DNA from: Felis catus
Lineage: Eukaryota
Length of the DNA stretch: 64,000 bases
Assembly: GCF_018350175.1 (NCBI RefSeq)
Contig: NC_058377.1
Coordinates: 69,316,001-69,380,000, forward strand
Direction of reading: 5' to 3'
A program made the translations under genes and the position numbers. Under the pieces are notes generated by a model. The model saw only the letters and a program-made list of their open reading frames with translations, ran no database searches and had not been told where the DNA came from. Below are positions 1 through 10,900 of the stretch, piece by piece; positions within the stretch are counted from its first letter, which is position 1, and every line of letters starts with the position of its first letter.

Positions 1-17
1 ACAGCATATTTATTTTA

Positions 18-234
18 TTTTTTTTAACTTTTTTTTTAACGTTTATTTTTGAGACAGAGAGAGACAGAGCATGAACAGGGGAGGGTCAGAGAGAGGGAGA
101 CACAGAATCTGAAACAGGCTCCAGGCTCTGAGCTGTCAGCCCAGAGCCCGACGCGGGGCTTGAACTCACGCACCGCGAGATCATGACCTGAGCCAAAGTT
201 GGCCGCTTAACCGACCGAGCCACCCAGGCGCCCC
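18..234 (-). mobile_element. CanSINE (SINEC_Fc type)
   Basis: Reverse-strand tRNA-derived head, CT tract, A tail; TSD catatttatttta (5-17 / 237-249). Confidence 0.95.
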
Positions 235-360
235 AACATATTTATTTTAATGTGCTGTTCTGGTTTACAAAATACAAAGTGATGAACCCAACAATTGGGA
301 GACGACACATGGTTTCCAAGCACGTACTGAGTTTTTATGAAAATTGACTGCATTCAAGGC

Positions 361-794
361 CAGGGGTTTTGAAATTATAGTCTGTGAGCCAGATCTGGCC
401 TGCTCTTTGTTTTTGCAAATAAAGTTTTATTAAAACACACTACTAGCTCCTATTTTATTTACTTGCTGTCATGGCTGCTTTCGCGCTGCAAAGGCATAGT
501 TGATTAATTGTAAAAGACCTATAGCCTAAAATAATTGCTACCTGGCTCCTTACAGGAAGAAAAAAAAAAATGTTTTAGGGCACCTGGGTGGCTCATTTGG
601 TTAAGCATCGGACTCTTGACTGGCTCAGGTCGTGATCTCATGGTCCATGAGATCGAGCCCCGCATCAGGCTCTGCACTGACAGTGTGAAGCCTGCGTAGG
701 ATTCTCTCTCTCTCTTTTTCTGCCCCTCCCCAACTCTCCCTCAAAATAAATGAATAAGCTTTAAAAAATCATTAAAGTATTTTGCCAACTCCCA
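361..794 (+). mobile_element. MER58A-like hAT-Charlie MITE, split by a SINE
   Basis: caggggtt...gtttttgcaaataaagttttatt...atggctgctttcgcgctgcaa...tttgccaactccc resembles the MER58A consensus. Confidence 0.8.
577..768 (+). mobile_element. CanSINE (older subfamily)
   Basis: gggcacctgggtggctc head, CT tract, A-rich tail. Confidence 0.93.
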
Positions 795-799
795 TCCTA

Positions 800-2680
800 A
801 GCCAAAAAAGCAAGGTCCTGAAAAGATGTCTGTGTTTCCTGTTGCCGAGTGTATAGGTATTCTGGCAAATGGCTATCAGTTCCTTTGATGCCCTTGATGT
901 GGCATCATAGCATTCTTCCTCAAGTATCCAAGCCTTCCCTTTGATCAGTGAGTTATGGGTCTAAGAACAGGCTTAGATCTGGAAAGGGTGAGGGACAGAT
1001 AGTGATCTTTCACTGGAGCAGCTGACATCTGTTCATCTAATCTTGGATATTTTATGATTAATACAATCCACACCTTCGATGGTTGCCCATCTATCTTGTC
1101 CCTATCTTACCATGGTCCCCTAGCCATCTTCACAGATCCCTGAGTGGCTAGACTCCTTGGTTTCCATCCTTGGCTGCCTGTTATGGTAGTTACTACCTTG
1201 CCTCTGACAGTCAATTGCTGCTACCTGGTCTCTGCTGTTCCAGAACCTTCTCTTCGCTCACATAGGGGAACCCAAATCCATTTCAGTATCTCCTGCCATC
1301 AGCCTTGGCCTGCAGGCCACCACTGCGTTTCTCAGCAACGCTTGTGCCCCATTCACTGGTGCATTTGCTACTTTCGTGAAGGGACTCTTTTCTTGGGCTT
1401 CTGGAGCACATAGTTTTATGGTAGGTGTTCTGGTCTTAAATTATACCCCCACCTCCAGAAGTGTTGACTCTTTGAACTTTCTGAGCTCTGCCTCGGTACC
1501 AAGTACCAAGGCAGCTCCAACACCTCTACTCCATTTCCTCTACGCCATCATTTCCTCCAGATTTCAAGAGGCCACCCAGGAGCACGCTGTCCAGCTGACC
1601 CAGGATCATCTCCAGATACCCTTACCAGGATATTAAATACTAATTTTAGAAGAGTGTGACCTATACCAAGAAACTCTCCCTAAGCTAGCCCAGTCGCAGG
1701 TTCTCAAGATTAATTCCCAGCCTCGTTCTTCTTTTTTTTTTTTTTAATGTTAGAGAGCATGAGTGGGGGAGGGGCAGAGAGGGAGAGAGAGAATCTCAAG
1801 CAGGCTCCATGTTCAGCGTGGAGTCCAGCTTGGGGCTTGATTCTACGACCGTGAGATCATGACCTGAACCGTTACCAAGAGTTGGACGCTTAGCCTCCTG
1901 AGCCACTGAGGCGCCCCCATTTCCAGGCATGGTCTGCCAGTTCCTGCAGGACTGAAGAGTACAGACTAGCCAAATGCTGCACTCTTGGTGATGAGCCCTT
2001 TCCTCCTGAATTAAGAACCAGATCTCCTCCACCAGACGTGCTGAGGCTCCACCCTAGTAATTGAGGAGGTGGGGCAGATCCCGGGGATGCAAGTACTTCA
2101 TCTTGTGAGGCATCCAGTTCAGTTGAGGTCTTAACGTGGTCTCCACGCAGGGGAGGCTGCTATCCCAGCAAGAGCAGGTGTACTACTCGCCCAGAGCGTT
2201 CGAAGTCTCGGCGTTTCCACCCAGATGTCCCCACCCCACGTTTCAGGGTGCTACTACTTACTTTTAAGGCTTGACGGTAACAGAGACTTGTGAAGGCTGT
2301 GAATTCAGCTCTCTTTGTAATTTCTGGCTTCGTTCTCAGCAAAGTCTGCCGTCAGCTGCATGAGCTAAGGATTTTTTCAAATGCTGCCAGGGAGACCTTT
2401 AAACCAGGCCCTGAGTTGAGCGTGACATTTTCTTCTTTCTGTGCACTGATTGCGCTTAGCAATAACCAGCCTGTTCCACAACCGTGAATTAATACCACCC
2501 TCACATGCTAGAGTTTGTGTAATTTAGTGCGTCCGCTTCCTTGTAGACCCAGTGCCAATTTATCACAGGTGTCCGTCCTAGTGTGGTGCTACAACATTCC
2601 AAGGGACCAACTGTCCTAATTTAGATTGTCCCAGTAGACTCTTTTGAAAAAAAGACTCAAGTGCAAACATTATTTGTGAG
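800..2680 (-). mobile_element. Decayed ERVL-class internal region (gag-like) plus 5' LTR stub
   Basis: Frameshifted minus-strand translation LLEIWRK*W..GVEVLELPW...LE..Y..RPE..P.NYV...PFTKVANAPVNGAQALLRNAVVACRPRL..GD..MDLGS resembles ERVL gag; PBS/LTR-like junction ggaccaact|gtcc at ~2605-2615. Confidence 0.7.
1730..1918 (-). mobile_element. CanSINE inserted in the ERVL fragment
   Basis: Reverse SINE head and tail. Confidence 0.9.
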
Positions 2681-2992
2681 CCCTAATAGACATTAAGATT
2701 AAATCTTAAAGATGTCACTTCAGATGATATAAGGTTAAATCACTACGAAGGTGAAATACTGTCCATCCCGTCTTAAAGAATATGAAACAAAAACAAGAGA
2801 ACGACAAAGAAAAAAAAAAAAAATCCAGCCATCTTTCAGTAATTGATGGGAGAAGCAGACAAAGACCAGGAAATGTGCATAAAAATTGAAATTTTGATTA
2901 TATGTATGTGCTCGTTCACAGTCTATATCACGACATTATCATTCATAATTTTCAATCACATAGGGAACAATATGAAAACCATGTACTTGGCA

Positions 2993-3222
2993 GGGGCACC
3001 TGGGTGGTTCAGTTGGTTCAGTGGCCAACTTCAGCTCAGGTCATGATCTCGTGGTTTGTGAGTTTGAGCCCCACATCAGGCTCTGTGCTGACAGCTCAGA
3101 GCCTGGAGCCTGCTTCAGATTCTGTGTCTCCCTCTATCTCTGCCCCTCCCCCACTCATGCTCTGTGTCTCTGTCTCTCTCAAAAATAAAAAATAAAAACA
3201 TTTTAAAAATTAAAAAAAAAAC
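2993..3222 (+). mobile_element. CanSINE
   Basis: Full head, CT tract and tail; TSD catgtac(t/g)tggca. Confidence 0.95.
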
Positions 3223-4017
3223 ACCAACATGTACGTGGCAAATTAAGCAAGTGTCCATTTGTTTCAAAGGATTGCTACAATACACAATATTCTCTGACCA
3301 TGTGCAATTAAGGTAGAAATCGGTGTAAAAAAAAAAAGATCTTTAGAAAAGCCCCATATATTTGCATTTCTAATTAGCATTTCTAATTAACACATGAAAA
3401 TAAATCATGGAAATTAAGAAATAATTGAAACTATGTTAAAGCAATACCACCTATTAAAATATGTAGAATGGAGTTAAAGAAGCATTTAGAGAGCACTAGA
3501 CTAACATGCTTAGAAACATGCATTTTAGAAAAGAAGACTAAAAACTAATGAGCTACGCATTTAATTCATGAAGTTAAAAGAACAAAAAAAGTGGAAGGAA
3601 GGAACTAATAAATATAAGAGTAATGAAATAGAAAACAAACATGTTAGAGATCAACAAAGTCAAAAGGTGGTTATTCAAAAACACTAATAAAATATACAAG
3701 CCCTTAGCAAGATTGATAAGGAAAAGAGAGAGAGAGAACCAACCGAACAGTAATAGCAATGAAAACAGGAACATCACTATAGATCTTACAGATATTAATA
3801 AAAGTGCAATGAAATAAAGATATAAACTTTATGTCAATAAATGTGTAACGATAGATAAAAGTGATGAGTTCTTAGAAAACTATAACTTTGGAAAAAATGA
3901 AACACTAGTTCCCCAACAGAAAAACCCAGGCCTAGATAGTTTACTAGGGAGCATTATCAAACTTCAAAGGAACAAAATCCTGCAATCTTACACAAAATAT
4001 TTCAGTGCATAGAACTA

Positions 4018-4520
4018 TCTAAGCTTAGGTCTTCTAGGAAGCAGAGCCTGAGACAAGGATTAAGATACTAAAACTATTTGGGAAATGCAAACTCCGACAG
4101 AGTAGATGAGAAGAAAATGGAAGTAAAACAAGGGAAGTGCAGTGTGCTACATTTATGTATTGAATAGAATATTAGGTCATTCAGCATGTGAGACTATGGG
4201 CTATTGGCATGTGGACCCTTCTGGAAAGGATTCCAGGAAGAACCATATCTTGAAGTAGTCAATGGGAGAGTAATTTGGCTGTCAGGTAACTTCCCATCTT
4301 CTAGTTCTCACGGGTCATCACCCCATAGAGATACAATTGCCTGTCCCTCTGGGTGGCATCATCCACCTATTAGCAGCTGTTCAGGAATTCAGATCCCATA
4401 TCTTGTAATGTGGTGGTGTTTCATTAAAGTCCAAAAGTGGAGGGAAAACGTGGCATGTGTGGGATGTCAGTCAAGGCAGAGAAAGGAGGCAGTCAGAGGT
4501 ATCTGAGAAGACACATAAGG
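4018..4520 (-). mobile_element. Old ERVL solo LTR (LTR16/LTR67-like)
   Basis: ggtcttctaggaagcagagcctgagacaaggatt...tatttggga terminus typical of reversed ERVL LTRs; interrupts the L1. Confidence 0.6.
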
Positions 4521-4524
4521 TTGT

Positions 4525-4717
4525 TTTTTTTTTAATGTTTATTTTGAGAGTGCAAGTAGGGGAGGGGGAGAAAGAGAGGGAGAGAGAGAATCCCAAGCAG
4601 GCTCCACACTGTCACCACGGAGCCTGACACGGGGCTCGAGCTGATGAACCGTGAGAGCATGACCTGAGCCGAAATCAAGAGTCGGATGCTTAACCAACTG
4701 AGCCACCCAAGCACCCC
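4525..4717 (-). mobile_element. CanSINE
   Basis: Reverse SINE. Confidence 0.93.
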
Positions 4718-5079
4718 TAAAATTTGATTCCAAATATACTCCCCAACTTATTTTATAAGGCTAGAATACCAACAAGGACAATATGAGAAAAGGAAAAGGT
4801 TAATCTCTCTCATACGCATAAAATTGACAAACTATTACCAATTTGAGTATAACAATATGTATAAAGCATAATGCATGATAACAAAACGGGGTTCATTCCA
4901 GGAAAGCAAGGTTGGTTTACAGTAGGAAATCAACCCATGTGATACACATCAACACATGAAGGAAGAAAAATCACAGATCATCTCCATAGAAGAAGATAGA
5001 TGTACCTGATAGAGTTCAATGTCCACTCATAATTTTTTTGAAAACTTCTTGGCCAATTAGGACTAGAAGAAACCTTTTT

Positions 5080-5307
5080 TATTTTTTTATTTTTTTAACG
5101 TTTATTTATTTTTGAGACAGAGAGAGAGACAGACAGAGAGTATGAACAGGGGAGGGTCAGAGAGATAGGGAGACACAGAATCTGAAACAGGCTCCAGGCT
5201 CCGAGCTGTCAGCACAGAGCCCGACACGGGGCTCGAACTCACTGGCCTCGAGATCATGATCTGAGCCGAAGTCGGATGCTCAACCAACTGAGCCACTCAG
5301 GCGCCCC
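5080..5307 (-). mobile_element. CanSINE
   Basis: TSD gaagaaaccttttt (5066-5079 / 5310-5323). Confidence 0.95.
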
Positions 5308-5743
5308 TGGAAGAAACCTTTTTGAACTGATGGAAGGTATATACAAAATAATGAGCTGACAGCCGTAGCATTTCTTTCAATGTTGGGAATGAGGTCAAGA
5401 TGTCTGTATCTACCACTTTTGCTCAACATACTGAGGCTCTAGACAGCAAGGCAAGAATAAGAAAATACATAACGGGAATCTGATCTGTCATTATTCTTAG
5501 AAGATAAACTCGTACATGTAGAAAATCAAAAAGAATATATGGATACGTTACTAGAATTTGGAAGTAAGTTTAACATGTTGCTGCATACAAAACAATGTAC
5601 CAACAATAAATTGCATTTTTGCATAATATTAAGATATAGAAAATTTCCTTAAAACATATAAAGTACTAAAGTACAAACCTAACAGAGGTCATAAGAGATC
5701 TTTGTGGAGAAAATGATATAAGTGCTATTGTAAAGGCTTTAAA

Positions 5744-5956
5744 ATTTTTTTTTCAACGTTTATTTATTTTTGGGACAGAGAGAGACAGAGCATGAATGGG
5801 GGAGGGGCAGAGAGAGAGGGAGACACAGAATAGGAAACAGGCTCCAGGCTCCGAGCCATCAGTCCAGAGCCTGACGTGGGGCTCGAACTCACGGACCGCG
5901 AGATCGTGACCTGGCTGAAGTCCGACGCTTAACCGACTGCGCCACCCAGGCGCCCC
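5744..5956 (-). mobile_element. CanSINE, young felid subfamily
   Basis: Diagnostic cttcagccaggtcacgatc and gatggctc variants; TSD ggctttaaa. Confidence 0.95.
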
Positions 5957-6174
5957 ATGGCTTTAAAGAAGACCTACGTAAATGAAGAGATCCAAATGTT
6001 CATGAACGGGAAGAATCAATTGCATAAAGTTGTCAGTTCCACCAACTAAATCTATAGATTAAGTGAAATCCAAGTAAAAATTCCATTCTCTCCACTCCCT
6101 CACTTACGTGCATGGCAGTGCGAGGGACCAAAATTAGTTAAGAAACTTTTGAAGGTAAGAACAAGCTAGAAGAT

Positions 6175-6866
6175 TGTGCCAGTCATCAATTAATTTTCTC
6201 TTACCTCCAAATCCGCCTTCTCGGCCCTCTTCGGGAGACTGGAGCTGGATACTAAAGACTTCTTCCTTGCCGGTTGGCAAAATGTTTTGCTTTGCCAATA
6301 GAGGGCACTGGAGTTATACTGCACGACAGCACCGACAGGAAGGCATTGGGCTCAGTCCTCCATTACCGTTATTTAACGCAGTAGCCCAGCGCCCTGGTGA
6401 GGCAGCTCCAGCTGTGCCCACAGGTCACCCCTCCCCGCACGGTGGGTGCTTCTATGGGGCTCCATGAGGCCACTTCTACTGTGGCTCTGACTATGCCCTC
6501 AGGCAAGTGTCTCTGCCAAGGAGGCAGTTTCCACAGACTAGCTCCATACCCCATGGCAACAGTGGACCATTCTACATACCAGCTCGGGCCCATACGCCCT
6601 GTCAGGTTTCTTTGCATCGAGCAGGCTGCATATACCTCGGCCTTCGGTTGGGAAGGCATGTGGTTCTCCAAAGGTTCTAGTTCCTTCTTTGTCCCCACTT
6701 CTTCAGCTTGGAGGTAGGAGCTGCCTGCTATATCTGGACTCCTTGAGTCTTCCTTTACCCCTTTCAGTAGTTAAGCCCTTTCTACTAGTTAACAATTCTT
6801 TATATTACATTTTCCCTGTTACAGTAACTGGTGTGATTTCTGTGTCCTGATTCTGTGACTGACATA
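6175..6866 (+). mobile_element. LTR41-like ERVL solo LTR
   Basis: Starts tgtgccagtcat...ctccaaatcc...ggagctgg...tttgccaatagagggcactgga; ends ttccctgtt...aactggtgtgatttctg...actgaca. Confidence 0.78.
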
Positions 6867-7634
6867 GGAGAATAACCCTACCAAGACATTGGTACTTATT
6901 GTAAAGCCCTACTAAATAAAACTGTGTGCTGATAATGCAGGATGAGACAAATTAACAAACAGAATAGAATAGGGAGATCAGAAAAACATCCAAGCATATA
7001 TAAAACCTCGATACATGACAGAAATGGCACTACAGATCAGTGGTGTAAGAATAGACTATTCAGTAAATGCTGGGGGAGACATTTCTTAACCACCAGGAAG
7101 AACGAAAATGTATCTTGACTTTACAACATGCCCTGAAATCAATTAAAGATAAGTTAAAGATAGACATAAGAAAGGCAGAACTATAAAGTATCTAAAAGTA
7201 AACATAGAATATTTTCAAAACTTTTGATTAGGCAAGGAGTTCTTAAAAGAGATAAAAGGAAGACCCAATAAGGAAAATTTGATAAATTTAATTACAATTC
7301 ATAAATTCCATTAATTATAACGATTAATTATAACGATAACTGCCCCAAACTAAAAGATATCTGTAATATGTATAACGAGGGAAAATAACAATATACAAAA
7401 GACATCATGAATCAATATGTAAAAATAACTCAGTCAAAAATAGAGAAAGACTTAAACAGTCATTTCCCCCCAAAAGAATCTGCATGGCCAATAAACCTAT
7501 GGAAAGATAACTCCATTCGTAATAAGAGAAATACAAATTAACATAAGGTTTTCCCAGCAGATTTAAAATGTTTTAAATTGGGCAAAAATATGGAGCAATG
7601 GAGCTTTCATACATGCGGGGAGAAGTACAAATTG

Positions 7635-7842
7635 GGGGCGCCTGGGTGGCTCAGTCTGTTGAGCATCGACTTTGGCTCAGGTCATGATCTCACAGTTCAT
7701 GGGTTTGAGCCTTGCATTAGGCTCCATGTTGACAGGGCAGAGCCTGCTTGGGATTCTCTCTCTCTCCTTCTCTTTCTGCCCCTCCCTATTCATGCTTTCT
7801 CTCTTTCTCAAAATAAATGAACTTTTAAAAAAAAGAAAGAAA
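7635..7842 (+). mobile_element. CanSINE
   Basis: TSD aagta(c/t)aaattgg. Confidence 0.93.
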
Positions 7843-8169
7843 AAGTATAAATTGGTACAACCACTTTAGAAAACAACCCAGCATTACTTAAGAAATGTTA
7901 GCATATTTATCATCTACAACCCACCAACAATATCTGGCTTTATAACAAATACTTTCAAAAGTGTTCCAGTGTACAAGAATGTTATAGCCCCTTGGATCCA
8001 ATCAGCAAAAAAGAAAAAAAAAAAAGAGAGGAAGAGCAGAAGGAGGAGAAGGAGAAAATACTGCAAATATCCAGCAACAGAATACATGTGGTGTATCTGC
8101 AATGGGGCAGAACTTCCCTTTTATCAAACCCGAAATGGGCAATCAATCATTTGAGTTAATACCGTCGAG

Positions 8170-8643
8170 GGAGCATTTTGTCCAGGGCCTGCTTGGATCT
8201 AATCCTTACCTAGAATGGCAGGGGAACTGAACCCCGGTTGGTTCTCTCTCTCCAGCAACTTTGTCAGGTGCCTCTCGGCACCTGGCCCATGGAAGGTTCT
8301 AGAAGGAGAGGAAGAAGGGAGAAGCCAGGCCATTGTTTCCCCTCTTTCATTCCAGGAAGAGCAACGGCTGTGTTTCCTCCAGGGCTCCAGCTCCTGTCTG
8401 AGGGACCCACAGGGTTCCAGCTTCTGCCAGTGGTCTGACGCCTCCCCCCCACCACAGCTGGGGGCAGCTTATCCATTCACTCCTCGTCCTGAAAGTGGGA
8501 GTGACGTCCTCTTCCTGCCCATCTTGTGCTTTAACCTCTCAGCACCTCCACCACCTGTGAAACCAATTCCCTGCGTCAAATTCCCTTTGTTGTAAATACT
8601 CTTAAGTGGTTTCTCTTTTCCTAGTTAGTCCCTCACTAATGCA
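8170..8643 (+). mobile_element. LTR33-like ERVL solo LTR
   Basis: gaagggagaagccagg...ggctccagctcctg...ggttccagcttctgcc...aaccaattccctgcgtcaaattccct...gtggtttctcttttcct...actaatgca. Confidence 0.8.
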
Positions 8644-9224
8644 GGGGAAACTCTCTCCACTGCTCTGGTTTCCATAGCGAGGGATTTTTTTCTCTAATTA
8701 CTCTTGGCGTCTTGCTCTATTCCTTACTTGTGCCCACGGAGGTCCAGTGAATTCCCCGGTCAGTGGGTGACAGCCGTTGCTGCACATTCTCATCCAGGTG
8801 GGGCTCTCCTGGCGGAATTTGAGGGTGAACTTGAGCATGCACTTGAGTCACAGGGAGGGCTCTGTCCTCCAGCGTAGACTGTTTGCAATAATGTGGATAC
8901 CTGAATCCCCATCTGTCCGGTTTCTGAGTCTGAATCGGTTCCCAAGGCCAGGACAAGGCGTGCTGTTTCTCCCTGGCTTCCTCACACTCCGGCAGCACGC
9001 AAGGGAGAGATCAGACATGCGATTCTGCTGTGTTAGAGCCAGGAGAAAGTCGCCCCCTTCCCCGGGTCTGGCTTGTGACAGGAGGAGGGGGGAGGAATGG
9101 GGACACCCTTTCCCCACCTCTTCTCCCCAGACACGCTCTACTACATTTCCGTTCGTCAGGGAGCTATTGAGACTATACCATAGACCCAGAAGGTCAATGC
9201 CAGGAGGAGGTAAGAACCAGGGAA

Positions 9225-9380
9225 AGCCAGCTTCACGGGCGTGGAACACGCGCAGCCGCAAAGGGCACCACCCTCAAATGTGCTCGTCCTTCTGTTGTGG
9301 CTGTCTTGAAATTCTTAAGACGCTTTCCCACAAGGTGCCCTGCATTTTTCACCGGACCCCTCAGATTGTGTGCTTCCCTT
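9225..9380 (+). mobile_element. MER91A-like hAT-Tip100 MITE
   Basis: gccagcttcacgggcgtg...gctgtcttgaaattcttaa...caaggtgccctgcatttttca. Confidence 0.7.
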
Positions 9381-9774
9381 GTCGTGCGGTGCACCTCTCA
9401 GAAGGATCGGGCAAGTGCTGCGTGCCAAGCTCCTTGGGATTTTAAGGCCGGCCAAGCTGCCGAAAGCATCTAGAGAATTTTCCCGGCGGACAGCAGAGGG
9501 CAGTAAACTGCCGCTTAAGGCCTTCTCGCCCTGGAGGACTAGGTTTGAAGTAAACTTTTCGGAAGTTCACGGGGGGGGGCGGGGAGAGCAGGCGACAGGA
9601 GTGGGGAGTGCTGTTGGCTGGTTGTCTGTTTGCGTTCACTGTGAAACTCTACACTCCTGAGCCCCAACTGCGGCCAGGTAGTGTGTGGCCCGTGCTATTC
9701 CAGTGAAGCCTGTCCTTCAGCACGGAATCAGACCCCTGTGGGAGGGTCAGGCGGGAGCCCTTCCACCGGTTGCC

Positions 9775-9915
9775 TCTAATCCTTAGAGCACGCCAGCAAG
9801 GGCTGTGTTTTCATCTGCATGTTCCTGCTGAAAAACCGGATTCAACAAATGTTAGCTTGATCCAGCTATGAAGTTGAGAAAATGGGGATTTGAACCCTGG
9901 TCTACCTTGTTTCAA
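9775..9915 (-). mobile_element. MIR fragment
   Basis: gggatttgaaccctggtct core-like sequence. Confidence 0.5.
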
Positions 9916-10699
9916 AAAGGCACACTCTTCACAAGTTCGGTCTGCAAAGAGAAGAGGAAAAAAAAAAAAAAAAAAAAAAGGAAAAGACCTTTCTTTTCAG
10001 CCTTGGCTTTGTCAGGTGGAAAGTTCCCCAGGGCTGCGTCCGGGAGCTGGCGCTGGCTCTCCCAGGGGCAGGGAGGGCAGCAAACAGGAAAACTCCCATC
10101 CGCCCGAGGGCTGTGACCTGGGCCGCGTCTCTCACCAAGCAAAGAAAGGACTTTTGAAACCTCGTTTCCCACCCCCCCCCCCCATCTCCTTTTTTTACAA
10201 TAATCCAACAGCTCTCTCTCCTGTCTTGGGAGCCCTGTTGTCCTGAGGAGCTCAGCATCGATTCCGGCCTAATGAAAAGCGTCTTCGGTGAGCGCTCGTC
10301 CACATTCCTGATGGGCTTCTAGCGCTTCTGTAGACGGGGTTGCCTTGAGAAGCTCCCCGGAGGACTTTGCAGCCTCCTACAGGCAGGTCCCAAAGCACAC
10401 AGGTGTCAAGATGAGAGAGCTGAAGTGTTTCACAGTTGATGGAACCACGATTCGATTCGGGGCTTGCGAGCCCAAATGCACACCAGGAGAAAGCAATGCA
10501 CACCAGGAAAGCGGCCCCTATGAGGCAGCGCCGGCCTCCCCGTTGACGGGCGTTCACAATTAAAGCAAAACCACCCCAGAAAACCCACCTGTGCACCTGA
10601 GGGCTGAGATTCATTAGCCTGCGTCTAATTTAGCTTTGCCTCAGTGGCCAGGGAGTGCAGGGATGAATGATTGAGGGGGGTAACAGTATAGGAGAGGCA

Positions 10700-10900
10700 T
10701 TCTACGCAGTGGCTGGGCTGAGGGATCTGACTCCCCCAGTCTGGACTCCGACCCTGATTTTAGCACTGAATAGCGGCGGGTCTTTGGGCAGTTTCTTGCA
10801 TTTCTCTGAACCTCAATGTCTTTGTCCGATAGTGGTGAGGACATCTCCCATTAGAGCGCTGTAAAAAGCCATGAGGATAATGGAGGCCCAGTGTTGCCTG
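10700..10900 (+). mobile_element. MIR fragment
   Basis: tttgggcagtttcttgcatttctctgaacctcaatgtctt core. Confidence 0.65.

Larger units (their letters stand above)
2690..8110 (+). mobile_element. Old L1M (ORF2 to 3' region) fragments, interrupted by 5 SINEs and 2 solo LTRs
   Basis: A-rich L1 ORF2-like sequence (ttctctgacca...aattaaggtagaaatc; gggttcattccaggaaagcaaggttggttta; aatagactattcagtaaatg; tataaattggtacaaccacttt). Confidence 0.8.

Noticed and set aside
8777-9445. 222-aa ORF (also 16214-16825, 11083-11682, 12828-13367)
   Set aside because: No recognisable homology; some have non-ATG starts or cross MER91/MER58 repeats.
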